From: Eutreptiella sp. 'Long Island Sound 2002'
Lineage: Eukaryota > Protista > Euglenida
Assembly (NCBI GenBank): GCA_964036045.1
Contig: OZ038379.1
Location: 52,452,001-52,516,000, forward strand
Direction: 5' to 3'
Length of the DNA stretch: 64,000 bases
Part shown: positions 36,498 to 49,371 of the stretch, piece after piece
Layout of the letters: every line of letters begins with the position of its first letter
Position numbering within the stretch: position 1 is the stretch's first letter
Notes under the pieces: generated by a model
Seen by the model: only the letters and a program-made list of their open reading frames with translations
Told to the model about the DNA's origin: nothing
The model's database searches: none
Made by a program: the position numbers and the translations under genes

Positions 36498-38076
36498 TTG
36501 GCCGTGCCTCCTGTCATTGGTCGTTGGTTGCATGAAGCCAACGATCGCTTGAACACCCGTCTCATCGCCGCCGCCCCTACCGAGGTGGAGGAGACCATCC
36601 GTATCGACGGGCTACCCACAAGGGTCAAGTTCAATTCGGGGACTACGTTGGGGCGTGTCCAGGCGCCACAGAGTGTTCTTGGAGGGATGGAGCCCGGGCT
36701 CGTCAGTGATTTGGTGCACACCACCTTCATGCTCAATCCAACACTTCGGGCCGTTTTGATCCACCTCAATAGTGCGGACGTCACGAGCCTTCTTGCAGGG
36801 ATCTTGCCGCACGTTCCAAAGCCGAAGGACAAGGCCAAGGGAAAGGAACCCAGCGGTCGGGCCCAAGAAGATGTGGTTTATTGGATTGGAGAGGACGCGG
36901 GCGGTTGTGTGGTATTCGCAAGCACCAAGCCGAGCCCCTCGGACATGACACGTCGTGCCTTTGGAAGCGCCACAATTGGTCACAAGGAGCGCGTATTGCC
37001 GGCGTCCAAGATGGACACCTTTCTAGTTGGGAATTTGGCAACCAATTGCGGTCTTGCCTTTGCGGATCCGGTGGAGGGCATTACCACCCCATCCCACATG
37101 GCGGGGAAGATTGTGGAACTACCAAGGCGATGTCCGTTGCCATGGGTTGGGATGGGAGACCCACCCACGGTTGGTGTATCGGCCTCCGAGTTCACCTTCA
37201 ATGAAGACCCAAGCAAATTGGATGGGACGGCACACTTAGTGTGGAAAGGAGTGGTGCCCATGGAAATGCTTGACAAGGTTGTGGAACCCCTTGAAACTCG
37301 ACCATGCGACACTTGGGATCCCGTATTCAATGACTTTCCGGGGGGTTCACCGCAGTCCGGACTCCGGCAATAGAAGGATGTTTGCCCTACGACTTCCTCA
37401 TGTTGACGTAGAAGGATCGGGTGTTGGAAACCATGAATGTCAGGCCCTCATGTCCTTCACAAACCATGTTCTCGGCTTGTTCAACAACACATGGAGTGGG
37501 GACCACAAGGCGTACCAAGCGGCCGCAATAGGCGCCAAGGGGCGTGAAATGCAATCGTACCGTCGCGACATGATGAAGGTTCCCGATGGGAAGAGGGTGG
37601 TATCCGTCTTTGCGGCCTTGGACGAGGACTTGTATTCCGTTGATGGCACCGATACCGTCTTCTTGCCACATAGCCGTGATGGTTTGCCCCGTCCGTGGAA
37701 CCCTATTCCCATCCCGCTGCAACGGGGTGACTTGTTCGTCTTGTACAGCGACTTAGTCCATGCGGGTGGGTGTACACCTCTGTCCAAGCCGGCGTCATGG
37801 TGGAGACGAGTGCCGTTCTTGGGCATTGCCACGGTTCCCGTCACTTACTCGTACACGGTCGGAGTTCACGTTCCGTTTTGGGGTTCGGAGGAAAGCCGCG
37901 TTGATGGGCCAGAGCGCTGTACTATCTCGGGTTGTCGGAGGAAAGCCGCGAAGGATTGCTTCAGTTGTGGGATGCCAAGGCTCTGTGACACGCACAACGG
38001 GGAGCTGTGCCCGGCGTGGTCGCAGGTTAGTGTTGGTAAAAGACCGAGTGCGGTGGTAGTGCTCCTCAAGCGCTAG
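36498..38076 (+). pseudogene. ORF1: ~520 aa, C-terminal 2OG-Fe(II) dioxygenase (PhyH-like) plus Cys-rich finger
   Basis: Two ORFs joined by a G-run frameshift (~37340). QSYRRD (HxD with CAT>CGT?), VVSVFAALDED, GDLFVLYSDLVHAGG, RRVPFLG, then CTISGC..C.SC...LC..H. Confidence 0.65.
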
Positions 38077-38829
38077 GGTTTCCACTCGGGGTCACTTGCT
38101 TGCTTCCCGTCGTGACTTCCACACTGCACCTTGCCTTGCACGCCCTACCAGCACCCCCTCCCAACCCTTTTCGACCAGATGATCATTCTAATGTCAGGTG
38201 GGATGAGTGCCCGCTCGGGTCATGGGCACACGAGGCCGAGACATTGGAGTCAGCCAAGGACTAGAACATCACGTTGAGCAGGGGTCCTCTTGGGTACATC
38301 ATGGCACTGAGGTGCCAGTTTGGTGGCTTCGGCATGGGTCGAGACGACGAGCAGGCCTCCATCGTGCGTTGGGACATGGGACATCCAGTGCAGCCAATGC
38401 TGGACCCCCGCATGGGGCGGACGTGTGGCTGGCTGACCGAGACATCCAAGGATGGAGCCTACTGGTGCACATGCAGACAGGTATTGACTGTACTGGCCTG
38501 ATGTGGCCCCGGGTATCCTGCGGCTTCACCTTTCCACCAGCTCGAGGGTGTCTCCACGCCCATAGCCTAATAGGGCTTCGGCCCTTGGCGCCCTGGTGGA
38601 GAGGGGCAGTTGCAGGGCTCCCTCGGGCGATGCAACCAGGAAGTACACCAAGAAGGGGCTTTGAGAAGGGGTTCCTGATCAGAAAGTCCACCGACAAGTG
38701 CATCTCGGAAGGGGTTCCTGATCAGGCAGGGATTCTTGAAATGGGGTTCTCGGCAGCGTTCCTGATCAGGAAGGGGTTCTCAGTTTGGGTTCCTGATGGG
38801 GTTCCTGATCACGTCCCATAACCCCCTGC

Positions 38830-39989
38830 ACCGCCTGTCACCATGGTTTGCCCTTGTAGGTCATTGTTGACGCCTGGCCGACACTGGTGGTTGATCAGCA
38901 GGCGTTCCTGGGCGATGGGACTGCAGTAGAGGATGCACCAGAAGGGGAGCAAGTGCCCCAGATGCAGATCACACGGGTTGGACCAAGCCCCCATGTGTGC
39001 TGGGCGATACCACCGAAGGCCTCAGTGAAGATTCAGGCCGTGTCGGAGTGCACCATGTGACAGGGCAACACGAAGTGGTACAAGCAGTGCGCACTGCGTG
39101 TCAAATGGCGGATGGAGGGCAAGACACACCTTATGGAGCTCAACTGCGTGCTGCCTTTGGCATACGAGAGCACCGATGCCCCGGGACAGCTACTTGGCTC
39201 TTCACAACGTTTGCGCATGGCAAGTCTGGCAAGTATGAACACATTTGCTGAAAGGATGGGCGGCAGGTCCGCAAAGGAGCAAAGATGATCAGCTCCCTGT
39301 CTTCTATGGGTGGTGCAGAGGTGTCCGCGCCGGCATTGCGACATGCACAGCACAAGGAGCTCGAGTATAAGCAAAAGAAAGAATTGGGCTGTTTGGGCGG
39401 CCAAACGTATGTGAAGATCGAGGATGAAGAGGACGAGGAACCGCCCTGTGCAATGCCGGGACCACGCGAACGGAGCAAGCTAGAGCATGAGCAGAAGGCA
39501 GGCCAAGTGGGCTAGGTGGCTGCTGCGACCCTGGACCAGCGCACGGTTGATGACCTTTGCGCCCAAGTGTCCTCTGCTGCAAGGGCGGCTGTCTAGCAAG
39601 GCGTGAAGCCAAAGGCAGGGTCCCAAGAGGCCCGGATTGTGCGCCTCGGCAAGGAAAAAGACGGCCTCCGGCAACGGCTTGACCACTTGCAGAGCAGCGT
39701 GGATGTATTGCAGGAAGCAGCGGCTCAGGCAAAGGCGGAGACGGCGGGGCTTCAGATGGATGTGGTGCGGCTCACGGAGGAAAACACACCGCTGCGATCG
39801 GAACGTGACAATGCAGTGAAGGTGCGCGAGCGGGCTCTGGCAGACGCGACCCGGTTGAGGCAGCTGGTGGACCGTCTTGGTGGTGACCGTCCCATCAGGG
39901 GCAGCCAAGGCAATCCTGGCATGGGCAGCCCACGCGAGACGCAGAATGTGATCCCCTCACCAACCTCCAAGGGTCAGCGAAAGCATTAG
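38830..39989 (+). pseudogene. ORF2: unknown N-domain plus coiled-coil
   Basis: Fragments homologous to copy-2 ORFs 62979-63467, 62685-62969 and 62360-62605. Heptad-rich RQRLDHLQSSVDVLQEAAAQAKAE. Confidence 0.5.
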
Positions 39990-40700
39990 CGGCTTAACGT
40001 GCATGAGATCTCCTGCCCCCCCCCCCCCCCCGGTGCGCGAACACGAAAACGGTGGTGCACAGTGCAGCGGCAGTATACGCGTTTACGTGTCATGATTCAT
40101 GGAAAGGAAGTGCGCGCAAGTCACGGGGTGCGGGGACGGGAATCGCGGCTGTGCGTCACTAAGTAGGCGTTGAGCACACGGTGCGCGGCAACTAACTGCG
40201 CGCGCAAGTGCGCCCATATATACCCCCATATGGATGTTGCGTGCAATGGTGCCAGGCTCGCAGCAAGCTTGCTGCGACTGGCCTTGACTGTCTGCTGCTT
40301 TCTCTCTGTGGGGATGCTTTGCGCAAAGTGTGCCGAAAAATTGACATGAACCGAAGGTTGAGTATGACATGAAGCGGAGAATGGTTGTGCCTATTTGTGT
40401 GAGTCTGTCCTCCGGCGGGGGGGCTTTGCGGGGGATCCCCCCCCCTTGCGGGTGAGCGAGCCCCCCCCCCACCCCCTTTGTGCACCTGTCGCGCGCAAAT
40501 GTCTGCAATGAAGGCGCATGGCCTCAAATCAGAAAGGTATGCAAGAAGTCAACCTGAGAAGGGGTTCCTGATCAGAAAGTTCCCCGAGAAGTCAATCTGG
40601 AAAAGGGTTCCTGATCAGAAAGGGGTTCCTGAAATGGGGTTCCCGGTAGGGTTCCTGATCAGAAAGGGGTTCCTGAAAGGGGGTTCCCGGGCACTTGCTG

Positions 40701-40705
40701 TTTAG
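40701..40705 (+). promoter_or_regulatory. Candidate trans-splice acceptor for transposase ORF3
   Basis: CTTGCTGTTTAG 24 nt before ATG 40730. TTTAG and spacing are conserved in copy 2. Confidence 0.35.
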
Positions 40706-40729
40706 ACACAATGTGCCTGTGTTTTCTGG

Positions 40730-42404
40730 ATGGACCGCATGGAGGCCTCCTTTGAGGCTGAGGCTGGCAAAATGCTGTGGAGGCCATACTTTGACCTTGG
40801 GCCAGACCAGCAACGTGAGCGGCTGGCACTGTCGCAGCACATGGTGCGGGCAATCCTCCAAGATCCGGAGGTGTCCTTTCGTCGCGATGCCAGCGGTGTG
40901 GTTTCGGTGGCGGCTGGCAGTATGGACAATGCAGGGGAGGTGATGGCAGCGGCCGCAACCGTCAACGGATATGCCGTTGATGTGTTGCGCCGTGCTCGCG
41001 CAATGCAAGTGTCCGTGCGACAAACTTTGCGGTTGCCTCGTAGGTGCACTCGTGATGAGTTGTATGAGGCAAGGCGTATGTTACCGCCGTACGATGCCGT
41101 GGCCGTGAGTGTGCGGGGACACGGGGGCAAAAAACGTGCGGTGGCTGCGATGCCTTTGGCGGACCTGGTAGGTGAGCAAGTGCGCCTTGCATAAGAACAA
41201 GGGGTGTTCACCCCCCCCAAGGGGAACGAGCAAGATCCCCGTGTTGGTATGCGCGGACACCACGCCATTGTGGCGGGCCGCTGCCACCCGCTGCGACGTG
41301 CTTGTTGGGGTTTGGCCTGGTGGCCCAGCGAGTGCGGGAACCCAGACAATTGGGTAACGTGGTGGGTCATGGACGGAGGTGACGACCGTGGTCGTCTGTG
41401 TGCGATGGAGGCCAAGGCTGGGCTTAACGCCCAAATTGAACATTTGCAGTCGAACTGCAATGTGCCCTTGGAGGACGGCACGGTTTTGGGATATGAGGTG
41501 GGCATGACGGGCGACGGCAAGGGCCTGCAAGTCGCCAACTACTCCCCGGATGGAAAGTGTTGGTCGTATGACCATGAAAGCTTGGAACCGGTGGAGGGGC
41601 TTGATGAACAAGTAAGGTGGGGGGCGCTCCTCCAGGCCATCCCGCCCCCCGGGCGTGTTGGAAACTAGGCCCATGCAACCGCCCGTCTTTGCAATGCAAC
41701 CCAAAAGAGGTTGCAACAAGATGTCTCCTCTTGGGTGCAGGAAGAGACGGGCGGGGGTGATTGTCCGCCTAAAGGATGTGTGGGGGGACTTGATGCAAGC
41801 CTCACAAAACATCCCCCAAGCGGACCGTGTGGCATTGCGTCCAACAAAGAAGGACGCCTTCGACCTAACCTCCGCACGTGTGTTTCTAGATGACACACAA
41901 TACCAACATAGGGTGGTTGACCTCCTCAAGGAATACTACCCCGACCGTAGGGCCCCGAATGGGGCAATAAAAGTGTACACCGTAGTGCACACCATTTTGC
42001 TTGCCCAAACCAACCCTCACACGTTGTGGCGGAAAAAGGCCTACCTTTCGGATGTTGAGGTTGAGGAAGCCGAAAGGTGGGCCAGAAAGTTGGGGGAATG
42101 TTGGAAGTTGATGGGGTGGAAGACAACGGTATGGGTGCATTGGACCGTGTGCCACAGTGGGTGGTTTGTGCAGAATTACCGCACAATGAACTTTTTTAGT
42201 TTTGTGCCGACCGAGAGGAGGAACTCGGCCTATAAAGTGCACATCCAAAACAGTTATCGTGGGTGGTCGGTGAAGAATCCGCGTGTCTCCGTGAGGGGCC
42301 TGCGCCATTTGCTCAACATGTATGGATTGGACGTTGGGCTAAAACGTGTTGGGAGCCCATCCACCGGAACAGGGAGAGGACAAAAGAGGAACACGAGTGA
42401 CTAA
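40730..42404 (+). pseudogene. ORF3: RAG1-core/Transib-like DDE transposase with stop and frameshifts
   Basis: CADTT (D 41256-58), MTGDGKG (D 41513-15), CWSY/CWSC, GDYAH (DxxH, across frameshift), HWTVCH, PTERRN (E 42213-15, 20 aa after second His). Confidence 0.8.
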
Positions 42405-45400
42405 CATCGCCTGTGGGAAGTGTCTTGTGTTGCGCCACTTGTGTATGTTCAATTTCAGGAAGGGGGTCTGAGAAGTCATTTTGAGAAGGGGTTCCTCATC
42501 AGAAAGTAAAGGCCGAGAAGTCATTTTGAGAAGGGGTTCCAAATCAGAAAGTGCTTTTGGGAACCCCCCGGGAAGGTCCGAGAAGGCAAATGCAAAAACA
42601 GCCCATTTGGCCCGTTTGGCCCGGGACCGAAAATTTTTCACATGTAGGCACCCAAGAGGCTATGAAAACACCCCCCATCCAATTGGACCACCTACATGTG
42701 TTCGGTTTGGAGTCGGGGTCAACCAAATCCGATAAGGGAGGGGGGTTCCCGCTACCCCCTTCTCGGTTTCACCACATAATGGCAGAGTAGAGACGTGACG
42801 TGCACCTAGTGCAACAGCCAGCAGATGATTATACCATTCAAAACAAGGGTGATGCAGACAGTGTACCAGCTGTCACCCAGCTATCTGCCCCGTTCCAAGC
42901 GTAGACTCAAGCAGCACTTAAACCGAAGTTAAAACTAATGCGCAACTCGCTGCCCTCCTTGTCATTGTGCCGAGCAGACTATGTGCATATTAAGAAAGTG
43001 ATCGCCGGGCGTGAGAAATTGTATGGCGGGAATTCAACGTAGGATCAGATTCGACGGATTGATCCAAGGCGAGCACTGATGCGGTACAATGACTTGAAGG
43101 CTTCCCCACCGCTTGACAAATTGGCCAAGCTACTTCGGTTGCCAAATTTTAGTTTGCGCCACACCTATTTCCAATCTATTGTACGCTCCATATCTGCGGT
43201 CCCCACAAAAATTTCGGTCACGAATATTCGCAAAACCATGCTTGCTACCTACAGAGGGGGGAGTACTATGTCATTAGACTTCAACACATTTTGCAAGCTG
43301 CACCGAAGCATGGGGATGACACACATGCTACAATTATACCCAGGACGCGATGGCAAGAGACATGGGGTGCATGGCTCGTCAAAGATGGGGTCTCACTAGC
43401 GATTGGACGACGGCTTGCACGCTTAAACAAGCTGACAATAATATCATCGTGCCCACAACGGCTGCGGAGAGGATGCGGATGCTACATACCTAGCTATTGC
43501 CGGATTCTGATGACGAAACTCCATTGTTGCATTAGACCCTATTCATGGTGCACAGTGTTCGGTGTACAGGTGATGAAGGAAAGCCGGTGTCGACGCCTGG
43601 TGCCACTTTTATGTTATGGCCGTTGTGATATGCAAGTTCATGCCAGCCAACTGAATTTTCAATTAGAGATTGCTATATCTTCAACAAAGGTTAGTGAATT
43701 TCATGGGGTCTTGTTCAAGCCGTTCAAATTTTCAGTCACAGTCATAATTTGGAATTAACACGCGTGTCTGAAAACAAAAAGGATCTTTTTGAGCCAACTG
43801 AAGACTTGTGGAGTCCGTTCACCCGAAGAACAAAGAAAATGGTCCTTCATCAAGACCAGGGTGGGTCTCCTCAAGGCTGGTTTCCATGGACACCATTGGA
43901 AAAACAAAAAAAACGTAGTGAAAAGCACAAAGAACCAGCAGTGCCGAAGCCCACAAAAGAGCCCAACCAGCTAAAACTCATAGGATCCGTCCCTCCTAGC
44001 TACCCTGGGTATCTAGCTACCCGTAGAACCACAATTCACAACATTTGGTGCCATGCAGCACTCAAACAAGTCGTCACTGTGACCCGCACGGAATAAGGTC
44101 GCCATTTGGCAAATGGAGCAGCCTGCGCATCGCCACACACCGTGCTGGTGACGGCGGCAGATTTGTTGATTTTTGCCGACAAAATTTGGATTCTTTTACA
44201 TCAATCAATAGCCTGGCTCGCAATCTGCAGATCTATCCAAAAAATCCTGCAGATCCAAAAAAAAATTTTGAGAAATCGACGCGACTGTGACCCACGGGCC
44301 CAAGACGCTCGGAGTTCGGCAAATCACCCTGCTACCACCCTATTTGCTTTTTGTGGCATTGTGTCAGGTGAGCAGGAAGCTTCCAATCTTCGCTTAGCTT
44401 TTCTTGCACCGCTTTCTCCGCTTTTGCTGAATTTAATTCCTTTGCAGTTCATGAGGAAGCAGGCGCTTCACCTACTCTCCAGCAGGGCCTTGACTACCAA
44501 AATTCTGTTGTGATGCCGCCAATCTCCACGATCTCTTCTCCCGAGTGGGAGTCCGATCCCACCATTGGCATGCCCACTGGCGTGCAATGCACCTTCTTCG
44601 GTTAAGCCTTGCGCCTTTGGATCTTGAGCGGCCCCTCTGGCAACCTCATTGGCTTTGTTTCCTACAAGATTTGCGCATTTGATTTCGTTGACGCTTGTGT
44701 TGGCTTCTCTGCCTCTGTCTGCGCTAGGGTTGACCCTTTCTCTGGTTGTGATGCTGAGCCCGGGCAGATTGGGCTGGTTGGGGTTTAGACGGGGGACCCC
44801 TTGAATGTGCAGTAGGCCCATGTCGTAGCTGGGCAAATACGCACCGTGGTTCGGTGCTTGCAACATCTTGGGCCCTCCAATGTCCAATGCTACTGGCGCG
44901 GCGACATCCCTATCGTGTTCATCCCAAGACAGCACACTCCATGCATTGCATAGGAGGCCCAGCACTTTGGCTAGTGCCCACCCGGCTTTCAACGGCCCTC
45001 CAGCCGGACGCCCAGCTAGAGGACAGTGCTCATCGGCAATGGCAACGGCGAGCGCCTTGTAGGTCTCACAGCGCTACCAAAACTTACGCAGGTCCCGGAG
45101 GTCGCACAAGGTCTCGTAGGCGACCTACCCCCTGTCCTTGACCTCGTTCAGGCAGCGAGATAGCACATGGGGCCCTTGCTGCTAATGTGGCTGTTTGTCC
45201 TTGGTCTAAATGGCGGTGTTCATCCGGCTGTTCGGCATCCCTCCCCAATAGCAATTCCAACCACGGTAGACAGTGGCCGTAGCGGCCAACTACGTCGTCC
45301 CAACGACCATCAGCATGGCAATCCAGGGCAAATAGCCCTCGTCAGTCACGGAACTCCTAGGGGCTCTCATAGTTCCTCTGCATAACCAGGTACATCCACC

Positions 45401-46217
45401 GCAGCTGCTGCAAGGTGGGTGCCTACCTAGGAAGCACCCCACGACACCTGTGCTCGCTAAGGGTAATCAGAACATCAAAGTCCATCATCAATTCAGCATC
45501 TATGGAGCCATCATTATGGGGTGCCACCGGGTGAGCAAGCGAAACGTTTGCTACAACTGCTACACTAGCTGCACCCAATGTAGACGCTAGCCTAATAGCC
45601 GTTAAGCAATCCGGATGCTTGTTTACACGGATGAGCATGTTCCGTAGGGCAGCATTTGAGTGGACGCTACCCGGAAAGAACTCCGGCACAACTTTGCCCT
45701 GCCGCATCCAATGTGTATGTTGGGCACCCGAGCAGTGGATTCGAAACCCTTTGCTGTCCAAGGCTGACCGCTGGCACATGAACCGTATTTAGGAGAGCGA
45801 TGGGAACTTGCACACCTCCTTGGGAGCACTGGGACACGTGCTCAAAGAGTTGTGGTCGGTTGTGCTATTTTTTTTGGGGGGGGGGCAAGAATGCCAGCGA
45901 TATGTGCGCTCACCGGCTATCCCGGACAAAGGGGGATGCCGCTGTTGTTCCGGGGGGCGTCCCAGGAGCTGGTTGTGGGAGCCCTGGAGCACCTGAAATC
46001 GGGGGTTGTCGCCGGGACCAAGCCTTTATTTAGTGGCTTGTATACCCTTCCCCGGGGGGGGGGGGTGCCTGCCTGCCTTTTTGGAAATTCTGGGTGCCCT
46101 TAGCGGAATCACCCCCCCACCCGTGGGGGTAGGCCAAGAGTGGTTTGGTTTTCTTTGGGGAAAATATTTGTAAGCATAATTTCCATTTTATCCCTGAGTA
46201 ATGGGTTCCCAGATCCG

Positions 46218-46288
46218 GTCAGTCCCCTAGCGGTGGTACATTACTCCTGCGGTCTAGAGGACCTGGGTTTGAATCCTGGGCGTTGGCG
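46218..46288 (+). pseudogene. Degenerate tRNA-like sequence (tRNA pseudogene or SINE head)
   Basis: B-box/T-arm CTGGGTTTGAATCCTGG, A-box-like TAGCGGTGGT, weak acceptor stem GTCAGTC/GCGTTGGC. The anticodon arm does not pair cleanly. Confidence 0.45.
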
Positions 46289-49200
46289 CAATTAAGGCGC
46301 CAGCAGCAGCGGGCTGGGCCAGGCTGAGGTTTTGTGAGGGAATGGATTCAAAGTGATTTGATGCATTGCGTGTGGTTTGATATTGGGTAGGTACTGTGGA
46401 CAAGGCGGTGAGTGGGTGCTTGCCTCCTTGACTGGACCTCCCCCCCATAGGGTAGGGGTAGGACAAAAGCGGTGCCTGCCCTGAAGAAGTGCCTGCCTCC
46501 TCCAAGATTTCACCCCCCCCCTCCCCCCGTATGACAAAAAGGGCTTGGCCGGGACACGACGGCCTCCGAGCAGAGCTATACTAGACCGAGGGGGGGGGGG
46601 ATTCTCCCCAGCAGGCGAAATTTCAACCTAATGGTGGTGTGTGGGGGGGGGGGGGGTTGTGGGAAAAAAAAACAGCCAAAGTTGAAAAGCTATCCAATTT
46701 TGGTGGTATCTCCAAGACCATTGTTGGGGTTTCAAAAAATCAAGGCAGTTTAGTGGCACCAAACACACAGCTAGTGGCCCGCGAGTGACATAAGAACGAT
46801 AGGAGGTCCTAGTGTACGGTTGAGTAAATAGGGTAACTCTCTTTGAGCTTGGAAGCTCAAAGCTGCAAATGCAGTTGTGCCGTAGTCCACAAGTCCCCCT
46901 ATTTGGCCCGTCACTCCCTGTTTCAGGGCGTACTACCCAAATAGGGGCCCCTGGGGGGGCACCGTCCACACCGTGTGTCTTGCTGATACGTTGTTTGTGC
47001 ACAATGTTCGTTCTTTTTCGGAGTGGGTCTAGGTCGTTGGTTGTAGGTTATTGGGCACATAGCCTGTGTGAATCTCCCGGTCTGTGCACGCATTCATGTT
47101 ACCCCCCCTCTACTTTGGTTGTGTATCTCACATATCTTTCCCAAACTCACAAATGGCTTCGCTATCTTGTGCTGACATGGGCGCATGTGCCCCCTAGTTG
47201 GCCCCCATCAGCGTCGCATCCGGGTGGCGGGACCGCCACATCGCGAGTAAGAAGTGGCACTGGCCTTGTAGCAAGTTCCTGTCATGGCATCCTAAACACC
47301 TCTTCTTGTTGTTGTGCTTGCAGCCGCAATAATGGTTGATACACTGCCACAACACTGGGGCCCACATAACCCAACTCCCCGCCACCAAACGTTGCGGAAA
47401 GCTCTCCCGCACCAAACTTTCCAATTCTGTGCACCCTGCCATGGGATGATCATGGTGCCATCAGATCACCTCACCCCAAAGCAAGGCACGCACCTGTCCC
47501 ACGACTACACTGAAGCCACATTTGCTGAATATTCCTCCAGCAAATTCTGGAGGCGCTAGCGACTCTCTACACAATGCAGCATTTTTGGCGAAAAACCAAA
47601 ATCTGAACGAATTATTTGCATCCTGTGGAGGGCCAATCTACAGGACCACAACCTTGTGGTATGATGGTGTGGTGACCGTATAAATAGACTTGACCTTGTG
47701 CGGCACCTCAGGGGAAACGTGCACCCGAGAAATGCGACGATGCAGTGAAAGAAAGGTATAACCTCGGAGCTCAAACTCTCGCTTTTCCCCGCATAGGTGA
47801 ACCCACGCATCCCCCAGCTAGAGCTCCTTGACGATGGTGCCTTCTACCCGCTGCACTTTCACAACTGCCGGAAGCTCTGTTGGCACACGCTCCGTGTCCA
47901 CCCCCGGCATCATCACACTATTATGATGTGCTAGAACCACGAGCAGCAGAGAACGCTCCAGAGCCAGCTTCTGCTTCAGCATCTCCCACTGTGCTTGCCA
48001 CTCTCCATGAACGCACGAAAAATGACCTGTCAGCATTGGAACTTCGCCGCGCGAAATTGCACACACTTCGAAAAGCAAGAATCTTTTTACCAGCCGTACC
48101 GAACTCATATGGTCCTATCTGGAGGTCCGCCACAAGAGGGCTGACGAGCCCTTGTCAGCTAGAGGTGGCTGCAGATTGAACCGCCCAGCGAAACCCTACT
48201 TTTTGAGCCACTAGAGCCGCGAATCCACCAATTTTGGCGAATCCAAGTGGGTCTCTTGCAAACCCAAGATTCGAGACAATGCTTTTAGATCACCCACATG
48301 ACTACCATGCGCCGAGCTCCGCTTGTCGCGACTCCCACGGGCGCGTTGACGTTGAGCATATCAAACGCCGTCTGCATGGACAGCCACAAGTGGAGGAGCT
48401 GCATTGTGCATTAGGCATCACCCCTCTTGCGCTTGACCAGTTTGAGCACAATCGCGTCACTGTCGTTGACCTTCATGGGCTTGAGCTCTGACCTGCGAGC
48501 ACCTTGACCCTTGCCCTTGCCTTTGCCACCAACCCTGGTCCGGATGGAGGCCTTACGAGACGCATACTCTGCCTGCTGCTAGGCACTATCAGAATGCCTA
48601 GAATGCCCGACTATGTAGGCTGCAACACAACGGCGGACACCTTGGGGCCTGTCAGCGTCCACGCCTTGGACCAAATACCACCAAGTTGGAAGTGGCACTT
48701 GTCCAGGACGAAATCTGTCTGCCCAGTCCCTTGCGTCAGAACCACCTGTCAAAGCACAGACTCCTTCCAATATGGCGGGATGTTCGTGAAGAATACACTC
48801 TCGTGTCTCCCGTCTCCCGTGTCTTGAACGGCAAGGGGGGGTACCTCACACAACCCAGATGTGTTTCCAAAGGACACAACATCATTCCCAGCTAGCAAAC
48901 CATCTTAAACCATAGCAAATGCACTGACATGCCCTGCAAATGAGGGATGCAGCAAAAAAAAATTGATGATTCCAAAAATTGCAGAAAAAAATGTCTAGTA
49001 CCGTCTGGGCGAGGCATTGTCTGTGAAAGGGGACGATTACTCATGTTTGTAGCATACGCCCCCCTTGCATCCACCACACTGCTGGCGCTGGCGGGTCTTG
49101 GGGGCCAACTTTGCACTGAGTGGGCAGACGGGCACATTCGTCACTGGAACCCATCTTGTTATACCCATGAAAACCATGAAATCAAAAAAAAATGCTCCAA

Positions 49201-49371
49201 AACACAATTCATCATTGTCACCAACTTGTTCAGGGGCATCCTCATTTGCTCATACCCCAGGAAACTGCGTAAAAACCCAGAGCAGAGCGAGGCTTGCGAG
49301 GCTTGCTTAGGGTCTTGGCAGGCCCAACCCGCCAGTATCACATGCAGTCACAGCGCAGAGGTGAAGCACAC

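Larger units (their letters stand above)
36119..42776 (+). mobile_element. Three-gene DNA transposon with RAG1/Transib-like transposase (family 1, copy 1, 6,658 bp)
   Basis: Imperfect 29-bp TIRs TGTGGTGCAACCGGGAAGCTGGTACCGGG / TGTGGTGAAACCGAGAAGGGGGTAGCGGG (24/29), TA on both flanks. Homology to copy 2 ends at the right TIR. Confidence 0.85.

Noticed and set aside
43079-43399. Tyrosine recombinase (Crypton/DIRS) remnant: FSLRHTY, TNIRKTMLAT
   Set aside because: Only loose motif resemblance, a full R-H-R-H-Y set cannot be placed, and no element boundaries were found.
45380-45420. Exon 2 of the M16 peptidase (minus-strand AAAVDVPG)
   Set aside because: No following G..DP/HxxEH, and a stop follows within a few codons; better read as part of a decayed repeat ORF.
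46218-46288. Functional tRNA gene
   Set aside because: Acceptor and anticodon stems pair poorly and the T-loop lacks TTC; kept only as tRNA-like.
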